Source: Myxococcales bacterium
GTDB lineage: Bacteria; Myxococcota; Myxococcia; Myxococcales; Anaeromyxobacteraceae
Length of the DNA: 44,661 bases
Reading direction: 5' to 3'
Assembly (NCBI GenBank): GCA_038320275.1
Contig: JBBQEB010000011.1
Location: 1 to 44,661 of the forward strand
The notes beneath the pieces are model-generated. The model was not told where the DNA came from, made no database searches, and saw only the letters and a list, made by a program, of their open reading frames with translations. This document shows, piece by piece, positions 1 through 9,482 of this stretch (positions within the stretch are counted from its first letter, which is position 1; each line of letters begins with the position of its first letter). The position numbers and the translations under genes are program-made.

Positions 1-131
1 TGGCCCCAGCAATGGGGGGTGGGGGCGATGCCCCTCCGGGCTGGCCCAGCGAGCCACGCGCGCAGGGCCCCTGCGAGCCGGGGTGGGGCCCCCAGTCCAG
101 CTTCGCTGGCTGGGGCGGGGCAGCATGCCCC
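1..131. repeat. GC-rich palindromic REP-like intergenic element (left edge may lie outside the window)
   Basis: Hairpins CCCCAG(T)CCAGC-TTC-GCTGGCTGGGG and GGGGCAGCATGCCCC; 95-121 recurs at 25918-25944 with 25/27 identity. Confidence 0.6.
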
Positions 132-138
132 GTTTTAT

Positions 139-212
139 TGAGGCGTCGTCTAATGGCAGGACCGCGGGCTTTGAATCCGCTCATGAAGGTTCGAATCCTT
201 CCGCCTCAGCCA
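139..212 (+). tRNA. tRNA-Gln(TTG)
   Basis: Acceptor TGAGGCG/CGCCTCA, D-loop TAATGG, anticodon arm GCGGG-CTTTGAA-TCCGC, T-loop GTTCGAATC, encoded CCA at 210-212. Confidence 0.95.
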
Positions 213-235
213 ACTCTCCGCTCCGGGCGGAGCCG

Positions 236-799
236 GTGACGCCCGTGCCCAGCGCACCCACGGCGCGCCGGCTCCTGCTGGCTCCGCTCGGCGCGCTCCC
301 GCGCGCGCTCCTCGACGACGTGGCCACCGCGCTCACCCGCTTCTCGGGCGTCGAGGTGATCCTGGGGGCTGCCCTCGCGCGGCCCGCTTACGCCTACAAC
401 GAGGGGCGCGGGCAGTACCACACGACCGCCATCCTGCGGCGCCTCTCGCTCCTCCCCCCCGCCAGTCCTCAGGGCCCGGTGCTCGGTCTGACCGACGCCG
501 ATCTCTTCGTCCCGGAGTCGCCCTTCGTCTTCGTCGAGGCCGATCGCGCCGCCCGCAGCGCGGTGGTCTCGATCTTCAGGCTGCAGCACGGCCCCGAGGG
601 CCGTCCCGCGGAGCCGGAGCGGCTGCGTCACCGGGTGCAGGCCGAGGCGGTCCACGCGCTCGGGCTCCTGATGGGACTCTCCAACTGCCACGACATCCAC
701 TGCGCGATGGCGCTCGCCCACAAGCCTTCCGACACGGATCGCAAGGCCACCACCATCTGTGGCACCTGCGGCGCCGCGCTCGCGAAGAGCGGCGTGTGA
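236..799 (+). CDS. Archaemetzincin-like (peptidase M54) protein, probably non-proteolytic
   Basis: AYNEGRGQY, LTDADLF, FVF, VVS.FRL and Cx4CxM...CxxC match M54; HExxHxxGxxH reads HALGLLMGLSN. GTG 236 chosen because the ORF-track start overlaps the tRNA. Confidence 0.8.
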   Translation: MTPVPSAPTARRLLLAPLGALPRALLDDVATALTRFSGVEVILGAALARPAYAYNEGRGQYHTTAILRRLSLLPPASPQGPVLGLTDADLFVPESPFVFVEADRAARSAVVSIFRLQHGPEGRPAEPERLRHRVQAEAVHALGLLMGLSNCHDIHCAMALAHKPSDTDRKATTICGTCGAALAKSGV

Positions 800-802
800 C
801 AC

Positions 803-1591
803 ATGACGCCGCTCTGCCAGCGCGCGCGCTCGAGCTGCGGGGCCTGCTGCGGGCTCTATAACCGGCTCGATCTCTCTCGCGCCGGCATGGACGCGCTGCT
901 CGTCCGCCGGACGGAGGCGCTGGCCGACGTGCCGCGCACACCGGCGGGGTTCGCCGGCGCAGTCGCGGGCCTGCGCGCCGGCGAGGAGGCTCCCCTCTTC
1001 CCATCGGTGAGGGTCTGCCCCTTGCTGGGCTATCTCGGCAGCGAGCGCACGCGGGTCGGTTGCCTCGGGCATCCGCTCGTCACCGGCGGCATCGACCTGC
1101 GAGACGAGGGGGCCTACGACGCGAAGATCTGCGAGAGCTTCCTCTGCCCCAGCCACGCGTGGTTCAGCGAGTCGGAGGCCGAGCTGGTGGTGGAGGTCTG
1201 CGGGGCGGACCCCTTCCTCTACGGGCTCGTGGTGACCGACGTTCCGTTCGTGCGCGCCGCGCTCGCGGGTCTGGCCGCGCTCACCGGCACGGCGGTGGAG
1301 CGCCGCCACCTCACGCGCGCCCCGGCCCTCGAGGCCATGAAACGGCTCTTCGCGCTCAAGGAGGAGCTCGCGCCCGGCTCCGACGGCCTGTTCGGCGCCT
1401 TCCGACCGGGATCGGACGGCGAGCCCGTCCCACGCACCATCGACTACCCGTCACTCCAGCGGGCCAGCTCGCCGTACGACGCGCTGCTCACCTGCGTCGG
1501 CGCCGATCCGCGCTCCGGCAACGATCTCGATGCCATGGAAGAGGAGGTGCGCCGCAGGCTCGCGGGGTGCGTTGACGCGCTTTGCGCCTAG
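803..1591 (+). CDS. Cys-rich hypothetical protein (putative Zn/Fe-S binding)
   Basis: Starts 3 nt after the previous stop; motifs SCGACCG, CPLLG, GCLGHP, CESFLCP; host-like codon use. Confidence 0.75.
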   Translation: MTPLCQRARSSCGACCGLYNRLDLSRAGMDALLVRRTEALADVPRTPAGFAGAVAGLRAGEEAPLFPSVRVCPLLGYLGSERTRVGCLGHPLVTGGIDLRDEGAYDAKICESFLCPSHAWFSESEAELVVEVCGADPFLYGLVVTDVPFVRAALAGLAALTGTAVERRHLTRAPALEAMKRLFALKEELAPGSDGLFGAFRPGSDGEPVPRTIDYPSLQRASSPYDALLTCVGADPRSGNDLDAMEEEVRRRLAGCVDALCA

Positions 1592-1645
1592 AAACGGCGC
1601 CGCAAGGACGGTTCCCGTCGCCCCGCGGCCTCCTCGGGCGGGACG

Positions 1646-3745
1646 TCAGCTTCGAGGCGCCGCCTGGGCCGCGGGCACCGGGGTGGACCCACCCACCGCA
1701 GCCCGCGAGCCTCCGAGCTGGACCAGCCCGGCCGCCACGATCTCAGCGACGTCCATCACCCGCAGCTTCTCCTCGTTCCCGGTCTCGTTCACGCCGTCGC
1801 GCAGCATGGTCATGCAGAACGGGCAGCCCACCGCCACGATGCCGCCCCCCTGGCCCAGCGTCTCGGCGGCCTCGAGCACCCGGTTCTGGTTCACGCGCGT
1901 GCCGAGCTTCTCCTCGAGCCACATGCGGCCGCCGCCCGCGCCGCAGCAGAAGCCCTGGCGCTTGTTGCGCGGCATCTCCTGCACCGCGATACCCACGCTG
2001 GCGAGCGCCTCGCGGGGCGCGTCGTACACGCCGTTGTGCCGGCCGAGATAACACGGATCGTGGAACGTGACCGACTGCCCTTCGAGCGCAGCGGCACGGG
2101 ACGGCTTCAGCCGACCATCGGCCACCAGCCGGGCGATGAGCTCGGTGTGGTGCACCACTTCGTAGGAGCCGCCGAACTGCGGCAGCTCGTTCTTGATGGT
2201 GTTCAGACAGTGCGGGCACTGCACCAGCACCTTCTTCACGCCGTAGCCGTTCATGAGCTCGACGTTGGCCGCCGCCTGCGTCTGGAACAGGTACTCGTTG
2301 CCGAGCCTGCGGGCGGCGTCGCCGTTGCAGGTCTCCTCCTCGCCCAGGATGGCGAAGGACACCTTCGCCTCGCGCAGGATCTGGACGATGGCGCGGGAGA
2401 CCTTCTTCTGCCGGTCGTCGAACGCCCCGGCGCAGCCCACGAAGAAGAGGTACTCGAAGTCGCCGCCCGCCGAGGCGCGCGGGATCTCGAGGTCCTCGCA
2501 CCACTCGGTGCGCTTGTTGGAGCCGATGCCCCACGGATTGCCCTGCGTCTCGATGTTCTTGAAGACGCGGGCCGCCTCGTCGGGGAACTCCGCGTCGACC
2601 AGCACCTTGTAGCGGCGCATGTCGACGAGCCGGGGGATGTTCTCGATGAACACCGGGCAGGCCGTCTCGCACCAGCCGCAGGTGGTGCAGGCCCAGAACG
2701 TGTCCGGCGGGACCACGGTGGAGATGGCGGGGAGCGCGCTCGCTGCCGCTTCCTTCGCCGCCGGGTCCGTCAGCCGGGCGAGGCGCGTGAGATCGGGAGC
2801 GAGATCCACCAGGTGGTGGCGGATGGCGCGGTTCACCTCCTTGTGGCTGAGCGGCTTCCCGGTGACGTAGGTGGGGCAGTGCGTCTGGCAGCGTCCGCAC
2901 TCGGTGCAACTGTAGGTGTCGAGCCCCTCCTTCCAGGAGAGGTCCTTCACGGAGAGCGTGCCGTAGCTCGCGGCCTCGCTCTCGAGGTCGAGCTTGCGCA
3001 GCACCGCCGACGCGGGCGGCAGCGCCCGCACGTAGACGCTGGGAAGGCCCGTGATGATGTGAAAGTGCTTTCCGTAGGGAAGGACGTTGAGGAAGACGAC
3101 GATGATGACGAGGTGAAGCCAGAATCCCGCCATCCCCAGCGCCTGCACCGAGCCATTGGACGCTCCGAGCGCGCCGTAGATCCCGGCCGCGAGGGAGCCC
3201 GCCGGAAGCAGCGGGTCGAACGGTTGCCCGGCGAGGTGGTGGAATGCCCCGTCGAACATCATGTCGGTCAGCATGAGCCCGATGATGAAGCCCAGGATCA
3301 GGTTGCCCTCCCAGGAGAGGGTGATGCGATCCGGCTTGGTGACGGTCCGCCGCCACAGGAACGCGGCGGCCGCGACGAGCGCGAGCAGCACCATCACATC
3401 CTTCACGAAGAGGTAGGCCCGGCCGAGGGGCGCCTCCGCGCCCAGGAGCGGGAGGTGGAAGCCCGGCCCCGCGAAGCCCATCCCGAAAAGCGTGAGTGTG
3501 CGGAGCGCGAGGATGAGGAAGGCGGCGAACACGATGACGTGAAGCACCCCCGGGCCACGCTCCTCTGGGTCCACCATGCGCTTCTGGCCGAAGCCGAAGC
3601 GGAGGAGTCCTTCCAGGCGCTCACCGGTGCGGTCGAGGCGGTTCACGCCCCGCAGCGCGAGGAGCGGCACGATCCGGCGCAGCATCGTGAAGGCGAAGAA
3701 GCAGCCTGCGAGGAGCAGCAGGAGGGCCGTCAGGATCGGGCTCAT
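1646..3745 (-). CDS. Membrane-bound Fe-S oxidoreductase, FadF/heterodisulfide-reductase-related
   Basis: N-terminal TM region with His residues (KHFHI), two CxxCxxCxxxCP motifs (CTECGRCQTHCP, CTTCGWCETACP), CCG-type domains (FVGC, CPHC, HDPCY, CCGAGGG, CPFC). Confidence 0.9.
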   Translation of the reverse strand: MSPILTALLLLLAGCFFAFTMLRRIVPLLALRGVNRLDRTGERLEGLLRFGFGQKRMVDPEERGPGVLHVIVFAAFLILALRTLTLFGMGFAGPGFHLPLLGAEAPLGRAYLFVKDVMVLLALVAAAAFLWRRTVTKPDRITLSWEGNLILGFIIGLMLTDMMFDGAFHHLAGQPFDPLLPAGSLAAGIYGALGASNGSVQALGMAGFWLHLVIIVVFLNVLPYGKHFHIITGLPSVYVRALPPASAVLRKLDLESEAASYGTLSVKDLSWKEGLDTYSCTECGRCQTHCPTYVTGKPLSHKEVNRAIRHHLVDLAPDLTRLARLTDPAAKEAAASALPAISTVVPPDTFWACTTCGWCETACPVFIENIPRLVDMRRYKVLVDAEFPDEAARVFKNIETQGNPWGIGSNKRTEWCEDLEIPRASAGGDFEYLFFVGCAGAFDDRQKKVSRAIVQILREAKVSFAILGEEETCNGDAARRLGNEYLFQTQAAANVELMNGYGVKKVLVQCPHCLNTIKNELPQFGGSYEVVHHTELIARLVADGRLKPSRAAALEGQSVTFHDPCYLGRHNGVYDAPREALASVGIAVQEMPRNKRQGFCCGAGGGRMWLEEKLGTRVNQNRVLEAAETLGQGGGIVAVGCPFCMTMLRDGVNETGNEEKLRVMDVAEIVAAGLVQLGGSRAAVGGSTPVPAAQAAPRS

Positions 3746-3813
3746 GGGCGCCGACGCTAACCCCCCTTTCGAGGGGCAGCAAGGAACCTCAAGGGTTCAG
3801 CGCCGCGCTGCGT

Positions 3814-3852
3814 CGAAACGAAACGAGCCGCCCCCGGGAAGGAGGCGGCTCG
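3814..3852 (-). terminator. Probable Rho-independent terminator of the lipoprotein gene
   Basis: 9-bp stem CGAGCCGCC/GGCGGCTCG (3824-3832/3844-3852) followed on the minus strand by TTTCGTTTCG. Confidence 0.65.
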
Positions 3853-3888
3853 GGCGAATCGATGCGGCGACCGCGCTGCTCGGCAGCG

Positions 3889-4821
3889 CTACTGCTTGAG
3901 CACGGGGGCCACGAAGGCGACGCCCGGGAGGATCCCGGCCTGAGCCGGAGCGAGGCAGCCCGTCGCCACGGTTGTCGTGCAGGCCGGCAGCGTGGCCGAC
4001 GTCGCGGAGATCGCGACGGGGGTGGCGCCTGTCGCGGCGCCACTGATGACGACGAGGCCCAGGGCGTCCGTCGCGGTGCCCTTCACCAAGGTGCCGCCGG
4101 GGCCGACGTTGAGGTGCGTGACGGTATGTCCCGCCACGGCAGCGACGGTTGCCCCGGTGACCGGAGTGCCCGCCGCCCTGTCGAGGATGAACGCGAGGAC
4201 GTAGCCCGTGGTGGCGCTGACGAGGTTCGCGCGCGTGTTGCCAGCGCCGAGGACCGCGATCGCGATCTTGTCTGCGAAGGTGTCGGGAATGACGAAGGCA
4301 GGAGCGCTGGCGGCCACGCTGGCCCCGGTTCCAGCGGCGTAGGTCGTGGCAGCGGCAACGCCCGTGCCGGTGGGGGTCGTCTGCTGCTGCGGGCTGCCGG
4401 TATCGGTCACGAGAGTGACGAGCCCCAGCGTGGACACGATGGTGGTGCGATCGACGTTCGGAATCGTGTAGCTCGCGTGGTTCGCCGTGGTGGCGACGGG
4501 CGTCGCGGCGCTACCGCCGAGCGTCGCCGCGCCCACGGGGTTCGCGCTCCCGGTGGCCGTGGCCGTCAGCAACTTCACCGGATCGACGAGGGTCACGCGC
4601 AGCTTCGTCATGTCGGTGATGGACGCGCCGAGTTGCGCAGCCTGAGGAAGGACCTCGAGATCGGTCGCTCCGGAACCCACGAAGGTGAACGAGTTGCCGG
4701 AACCGCCGTCGGCCGTACCACCGTCGCCGGTGTTATTGTTATTGTTGTTGTTGCTGTCGCTGCCGCAGGCGAGCGCAGCAGCGCACGCGGTGGCCAGCGA
4801 GATCTTCCAGAGGTGGCGCAT
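3889..4821 (-). CDS. Thr/Ala/Gly-rich lipoprotein of unknown function
   Basis: GGAG RBS before ATG 4821; signal MRHLWKISLATACAAALAC with lipobox-like ALAC; Asn7-Gly linker follows. Confidence 0.8.
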   Translation of the reverse strand: MRHLWKISLATACAAALACGSDSNNNNNNNTGDGGTADGGSGNSFTFVGSGATDLEVLPQAAQLGASITDMTKLRVTLVDPVKLLTATATGSANPVGAATLGGSAATPVATTANHASYTIPNVDRTTIVSTLGLVTLVTDTGSPQQQTTPTGTGVAAATTYAAGTGASVAASAPAFVIPDTFADKIAIAVLGAGNTRANLVSATTGYVLAFILDRAAGTPVTGATVAAVAGHTVTHLNVGPGGTLVKGTATDALGLVVISGAATGATPVAISATSATLPACTTTVATGCLAPAQAGILPGVAFVAPVLKQ

Positions 4822-5103
4822 CGAGACTCCTGTGTTCGAGGGTGCAAAGGAGCGGGCAGCGGCGTAGGGACCGCGCACGCGAGAGGGCTGGGGTGTACCC
4901 CCGCCGACCCGCACTCGCCGTCTCCAATTGGGGTGACCGGACCGACGATGACGCGCCGCGTCTCACGGATTGCCGAGCTTCGCTGGCGGTAACAGAACGA
5001 GAAGTGCCCCGAGAGGTGCTCGCCGGGCCGGGCGTGATCTGCAAGGCTCTCCCCCACGTTCCTCTCTCGGACGCGACACTCGCCGAACATCAGGAGACCT
5101 TTC

Positions 5104-6420
5104 ATGTCCTTCCGCCGAGCTGCCGCAGCGCTCCTCCTCGTTCCGGGCCTGGCGCTCGCGAACGGCTACAACGTACCCAACGTCAATCCACGCGACCTCG
5201 CCATGGCGGACTCCGCGCGCGCATCGCAATCGACCGCCGCGGCGGTGTACGCCAATCCCGCGGCCCTGGCGGACGTGCAGGGACTCAACCTCTCGCTCGG
5301 CCTCTCGCTGCTCGACCTCCGCACCACCTGGAACGCTCCCGACGGCTTCACGCCAGCGCGACTCCCGAACGGGCAGCCCGGCCGCCTCACCGATTCTCTC
5401 GACTTCAAGCCGGTGCCCCCCCCGGCGCTCTTCGTGAGCTACGGAGGAAAGTTCGGCGAGCGCGGCTGGGGGGCGGGCGTGGGCATGAACATCCCGCAGG
5501 GAGGGAACGTGTTCTGGCCCGGGGACTGGGCCGGCAGGTTCCGCATCATCACGGTCGATCGCAAGGTGTACGGCTTCTATGGCACCGCCGGCGTGGACAT
5601 CGTGAAGGGGCTCAAGCTCGGCGGCGGTCTCGTCTACTACTACACGACGGAGACGCTGAACCAGGATGCGGCCAATCTGGGCCTGCCCGACATCGCAAAC
5701 CCGAACGCCGAGCTGAAGACGTCCGGGGGCGCGCTCGCGTGGGACATCGCGGCCCTCATCACCCCGGTGGAGAGCCTGCCTCTCTCCTTCTCCGTGGACT
5801 ACAAGCACCAGGGCGTCCAGACGCTGAAGGGCGATGCCAAGTTCACCAACGTCACCCCGGGCATCCTGGCGCTCGATCCGCGCCTGGTGAACCAGTCGGC
5901 GACGCACGTGCTCACCATTCCGAACGTCCTCAACGTGAACGCCGCCTATCGGGTGCTGCCGCCGCTCCTCGTGACGGCCGGCTTCACCTTCGATCGCTAC
6001 GTGGTCTATCCCGAGGACGTCTTCGTCGGCTCCAAGGGCGTGACGGTCTCGGTCCCACGCCACTACTCGAACGGCAACACCTATCGTCTCGGCGCTGAGT
6101 ACGATCTGTCGGAGAGGTACGCGGTGCGCGCGGGCGTGCTGCGCGACATCTCCGGGCTGAAGCGCGAGACCTATTCGCCGACCCTGCCCGACGCGAACGC
6201 CTGGGCGGGAGGGCTGGGGGGATCCGTCCACGTCACCCGCGACCTCGCGATCGACCTCGCGTTCTTCTACGCGAAGCTCGACGAGGTGTCCTCCACCGCA
6301 ACCACGGACGTTGCCAGCGGCCCCTTCCCCGGCAGGTACGACAGCAAGGTCTTCATCTACAGCGCGGCCGTGGTCTGGGGGCACAAGGCGACCCCCGCCC
6401 GCGACGCCGCGATGCGCTGA
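5104..6420 (+). CDS. OmpP1/FadL/TodX-family outer-membrane transporter
   Basis: AGGAG RBS; signal peptide; hatch motif LAMA...AVYANPAAL; alternating beta-strand pattern; C-terminal RAG...PTLPDA. Confidence 0.85.
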   Translation: MSFRRAAAALLLVPGLALANGYNVPNVNPRDLAMADSARASQSTAAAVYANPAALADVQGLNLSLGLSLLDLRTTWNAPDGFTPARLPNGQPGRLTDSLDFKPVPPPALFVSYGGKFGERGWGAGVGMNIPQGGNVFWPGDWAGRFRIITVDRKVYGFYGTAGVDIVKGLKLGGGLVYYYTTETLNQDAANLGLPDIANPNAELKTSGGALAWDIAALITPVESLPLSFSVDYKHQGVQTLKGDAKFTNVTPGILALDPRLVNQSATHVLTIPNVLNVNAAYRVLPPLLVTAGFTFDRYVVYPEDVFVGSKGVTVSVPRHYSNGNTYRLGAEYDLSERYAVRAGVLRDISGLKRETYSPTLPDANAWAGGLGGSVHVTRDLAIDLAFFYAKLDEVSSTATTDVASGPFPGRYDSKVFIYSAAVVWGHKATPARDAAMR

Positions 6421-6543
6421 CGGCCGGCCGCACCGGCCCGCCCTGCCGGTGCTGGAGGGCGGGCGGGTAAAGCGTTGGTATCGGCGAGCCCCGACGGCGC
6501 GCTGCGGCTCATCAGCTCTCCCGACGTGATCGTTCGCCCCGTC

Positions 6544-7473
6544 TCAGCGCCGCTCCTCCTCCGGAGGCTTCTTCGGAACCGGGGCGGCGCGAACGCGCCC
6601 GTTGCCCTCGCCACTCTTCGGCCCGGGAGCGGCCTGAGCCGCCGGAGCCTGTCGACCGGGGCCCTGGCGCGGGACGGGCGCGGCGCGCAGCGCGCCCGGA
6701 ACTGGTGCTGCCCTGGCTCCCGATCTCGGGCCGGGTACGACCCCCGGGGCGGAGGCCGCGGAGCCGTTCGGAACGGGTGCGCTGCGGTAGCCGCGCCCGC
6801 CGGCACTGGGAACCGGAGCCGGACGGGCTCCAGAAGGCGTCGGCGCTCCAGGCGTTCCGGCGCGGTTGCCGGGCAGCGGCGCCGGAGCGACACCGGACCG
6901 GTAGCCCGGCACGGGGGCGACGCCAGGCTGCTGCACAGGCGCGGGCCCGGGAGCGGAGCGATACCCGGGGGCGGGTGCGCTGCCGGAGCGATACCCGGGC
7001 GCCGGGGCCGGGGCGACGCCGGGGCGGTAGACCGGCACCGGAGCGGGGCGCGACCAGTAGGTGGGCGGCGCCGGACGCACGGCGCTGTAAGGGCCCCGGT
7101 AGGCGTAGCCGCGCCGAGGAGTGAACACCCAGTTCGTATCCCGAGGCGGGCGGTAGTCGTGCACGTGCGGGCCCGGAATGGTGCACCAGCCGCCGCCCGG
7201 GAGCGGATGCCCCTCGTAGTACGTGACGGCCACCGGGCCGCGGTAGGCGTAATAGCCGTTCTCCTGGACGTAGTACTGCGGCGCCGCCGGGTAGAAGTCG
7301 TGGACGTGCGGGCCGTCGATGTAGCACCAGCCGCCGTCGGGGAGCGCGTGCTCGCCGTAGTAGGACACCTGCGCCTGCGGAGGTGGAGGCGGGGCCGGTG
7401 GACCGCCGCGGGCGTGCACCATGCAGCCGGAGGCGGAGAGGGTGAGAACGGTGAGGAGAATGAGCCGGCGCAT
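6544..7473 (-). CDS. Pro-rich lipoprotein with two His/Cys repeats
   Basis: GGAGG RBS; lipobox SASGC; two copies of YYxxHxLPxGGWCxIxGPHVHD; low-complexity tail with repeated PGYRS. Confidence 0.8.
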   Translation of the reverse strand: MRRLILLTVLTLSASGCMVHARGGPPAPPPPPQAQVSYYGEHALPDGGWCYIDGPHVHDFYPAAPQYYVQENGYYAYRGPVAVTYYEGHPLPGGGWCTIPGPHVHDYRPPRDTNWVFTPRRGYAYRGPYSAVRPAPPTYWSRPAPVPVYRPGVAPAPAPGYRSGSAPAPGYRSAPGPAPVQQPGVAPVPGYRSGVAPAPLPGNRAGTPGAPTPSGARPAPVPSAGGRGYRSAPVPNGSAASAPGVVPGPRSGARAAPVPGALRAAPVPRQGPGRQAPAAQAAPGPKSGEGNGRVRAAPVPKKPPEEERR

Positions 7474-7562
7474 GGGTGACCTCCGGGCGTACCGCAGCCT
7501 CGCCCATGCTTAGGACGTGGCGGTGGCCAGGTCCATTCAACGGCCGTGCGAGGGGCGAAGGA

Positions 7563-8231
7563 TCAGTGCACCGTGTGCACGAGCGAGGTCCCCGCGCGAA
7601 GCGTGAGGTAGCGCTTCAGCAGGGTGCGGTACTCCCTCGAGGAGCGCGCCCCGCCCACCAGCCAATCGTCCGCGATGACGAGGCCGGGGCTGCGCTCCAC
7701 GCCCAGGTCGCGCGCCTCCTCGATGTCCTCGCGAACCGCGCGCTCCGTCCCTGGCGCCGCGAACGCCGGGATGAAGCGGGCGAGGTCGATCCCGGCGCGC
7801 GCGGCGAGCTCGACGATGACGTCGGAGCGCGATACGTCGAGGCCTCGGACCAGCGCCGCCTCGCGCAGCCTCTCGCGGAGCACCGAGGCTGCCGCGCGGC
7901 CCTGCAGGCCCGCTGCCGCCACCGCGATGAGCGCCGGTGCCGAGCTGGTGGGCGGCGCGCCGTCGCCGTCCCACAGCTCCGGCGAGAAGGGCGGCGCGTC
8001 CGGTTCCTTGGCGGCCCGGGCGAGCTCGCGGGCCCGGGCCCGGCGCTCGGCGGCGGTGGGCGCGCGCGCTTCCCAGCGCCTGGGCAGCGGGGCGTGCGCG
8101 ATCGCCGTGAACCGGCCGTGCAGCTCCTCGGCCGCGCACGCGATCCGGCGCTCCGCGATCCAGCACCACGGATCGAGGAGATCGCCGTGGAGGACGAGCG
8201 AGTACGGCGCGTTGACGTTCCGTGAGGGCAC
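7563..8231 (-). CDS. DsbA/FrnE-like thioredoxin-fold protein (DPWC instead of CPWC); start uncertain
   Basis: GDLLDPWCWIAERR, DVSRSDVIVELAARAGID, ARDLGVERSPGLVI cis-Pro loop region. Confidence 0.75.
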   Translation of the reverse strand: MPSRNVNAPYSLVLHGDLLDPWCWIAERRIACAAEELHGRFTAIAHAPLPRRWEARAPTAAERRARARELARAAKEPDAPPFSPELWDGDGAPPTSSAPALIAVAAAGLQGRAAASVLRERLREAALVRGLDVSRSDVIVELAARAGIDLARFIPAFAAPGTERAVREDIEEARDLGVERSPGLVIADDWLVGGARSSREYRTLLKRYLTLRAGTSLVHTVH

Positions 8232-8369
8232 CCGGGATGCATCATCCCCCGCGGACGGGCTGCGTAGAAGAGGCAAGCAGGCGAGGCCTCCGCGTTCCGG
8301 AGAGGGGTGCATGTGCGCGCAACGGGCAGCTGTGCGCGCCGGGCGACGACCCGCGGGCTTTCCCGAACG

Positions 8370-9293
8370 TCAAATGAGGCGCGCTTTCGACCAGCCCGCG
8401 GCGTGCGCGCGCCCCACGCCCACCGCGTGCTCGACGATTGCGCCCGCGATGTCGATGCCCGTGGCGCGCTCCAGCCCCTCGAATCCCGGTGAGGAGTTCA
8501 CCTCCATGATCTTGGGCCCGTCGTCCCCTTCCAGCATGTCGACGCCGGAGACCTCGAGCCCGATCACCCGGGCCGCCTTCACCGCAGCCTCGGCGTAGGC
8601 GCGTGGCAGCTCGATCGCCTGACCCTCCCCGCCGCGGTGGAGGTTGGAGCGGAACTCGCCGGCGCGCGCCGTGCGGCGCATCGCGGCCACGACCCGGTCG
8701 CCCACCACCACGGCGCGCACGTCCCTGCCCCGCGACTCCTGGATGAGCTCCTGGATGAGGATCTCCTGGCCGAGGGTCCAGAGCGTGTCCAGCATGCCCT
8801 CCACCTCGGCCATCGAGCTCGCGATGAGAACGCCCACGCCCTGTGAGCCCTGGAGGAGCTTCATGATGCAGGGAAGCCCGCCCACCTCCTCGACGGCCCG
8901 GGGCACCCCATCGGGATAGCGGCACGTCACCGTGCGCGGAATGTCGACCCCGAAGCGCGAGAGGAGCTGGAGCGCCCGCAGCTTGTCCCGCGCGCGGGCG
9001 ATGGGGACGGAGTTGTTGAGCACCGCCACGCCCATCATGTCGAACTGGTTCACGACCGAGAGGCCGTAGCCGGTCACCGACGCGCCGATGCGCGGGATGA
9101 CCACGTCGACGCCGGTCACCTCCACTCCACGGTGCACGACCCGGGGGCTGCCGCAGGCGAGGACGAGATCGCAGCGAAGCGTGTCGAGCACCCGCACGCG
9201 GTGGCCGCGCGCGCGGCCCGCCTCCACCAGCCGGCGCACGGAGTGGAGCTTCCGGTTGCGGGAGAGGATGACGATGGAGGAACGCCCCGGCAT
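8370..9293 (-). CDS. rimK: RimK-family ATP-grasp alpha-L-glutamate ligase (alternative starts up to 9371)
   Basis: IVILSRN, VIPRIGAS, ARDKLRALQLL, KLLQGSQGVGV, EFRSNLHRGG, EVNSSPGFEG. Confidence 0.85.
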   Translation of the reverse strand: MPGRSSIVILSRNRKLHSVRRLVEAGRARGHRVRVLDTLRCDLVLACGSPRVVHRGVEVTGVDVVIPRIGASVTGYGLSVVNQFDMMGVAVLNNSVPIARARDKLRALQLLSRFGVDIPRTVTCRYPDGVPRAVEEVGGLPCIMKLLQGSQGVGVLIASSMAEVEGMLDTLWTLGQEILIQELIQESRGRDVRAVVVGDRVVAAMRRTARAGEFRSNLHRGGEGQAIELPRAYAEAAVKAARVIGLEVSGVDMLEGDDGPKIMEVNSSPGFEGLERATGIDIAGAIVEHAVGVGRAHAAGWSKARLI

Positions 9294-9482
9294 GCGACGG
9301 GGTCCGGCGGCGGGCGGTCGCGCCGCGCCCTTCGTCTCGGAGCGCCGGGGGGGCATGCGTCGGGACAACATTAGGACGGCGGAGCGCTCGAGGCCAACGC
9401 GGCTTCCTCGCGCCGGGCCTCCGTTGCCCCCCCGGGAGCCGTGAGCTACAACCCCGGCTTTCCCGAGGGGTCACCTTTGGCC

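Noticed and set aside
83..235. N-terminal extension of the M54-like ORF
   Set aside because: Runs through the repeat and the tRNA-Gln gene
4732..4752. Asn7 tract as a phase-variable microsatellite
   Set aside because: Mixed AAC/AAT triplets cannot shift the frame; this is a typical lipoprotein linker
4822..5103. Riboswitch in the lipoprotein/fadL intergenic region
   Set aside because: No consensus I can recognise (cobalamin, c-di-GMP, SAM, TPP); an Rfam scan would be needed
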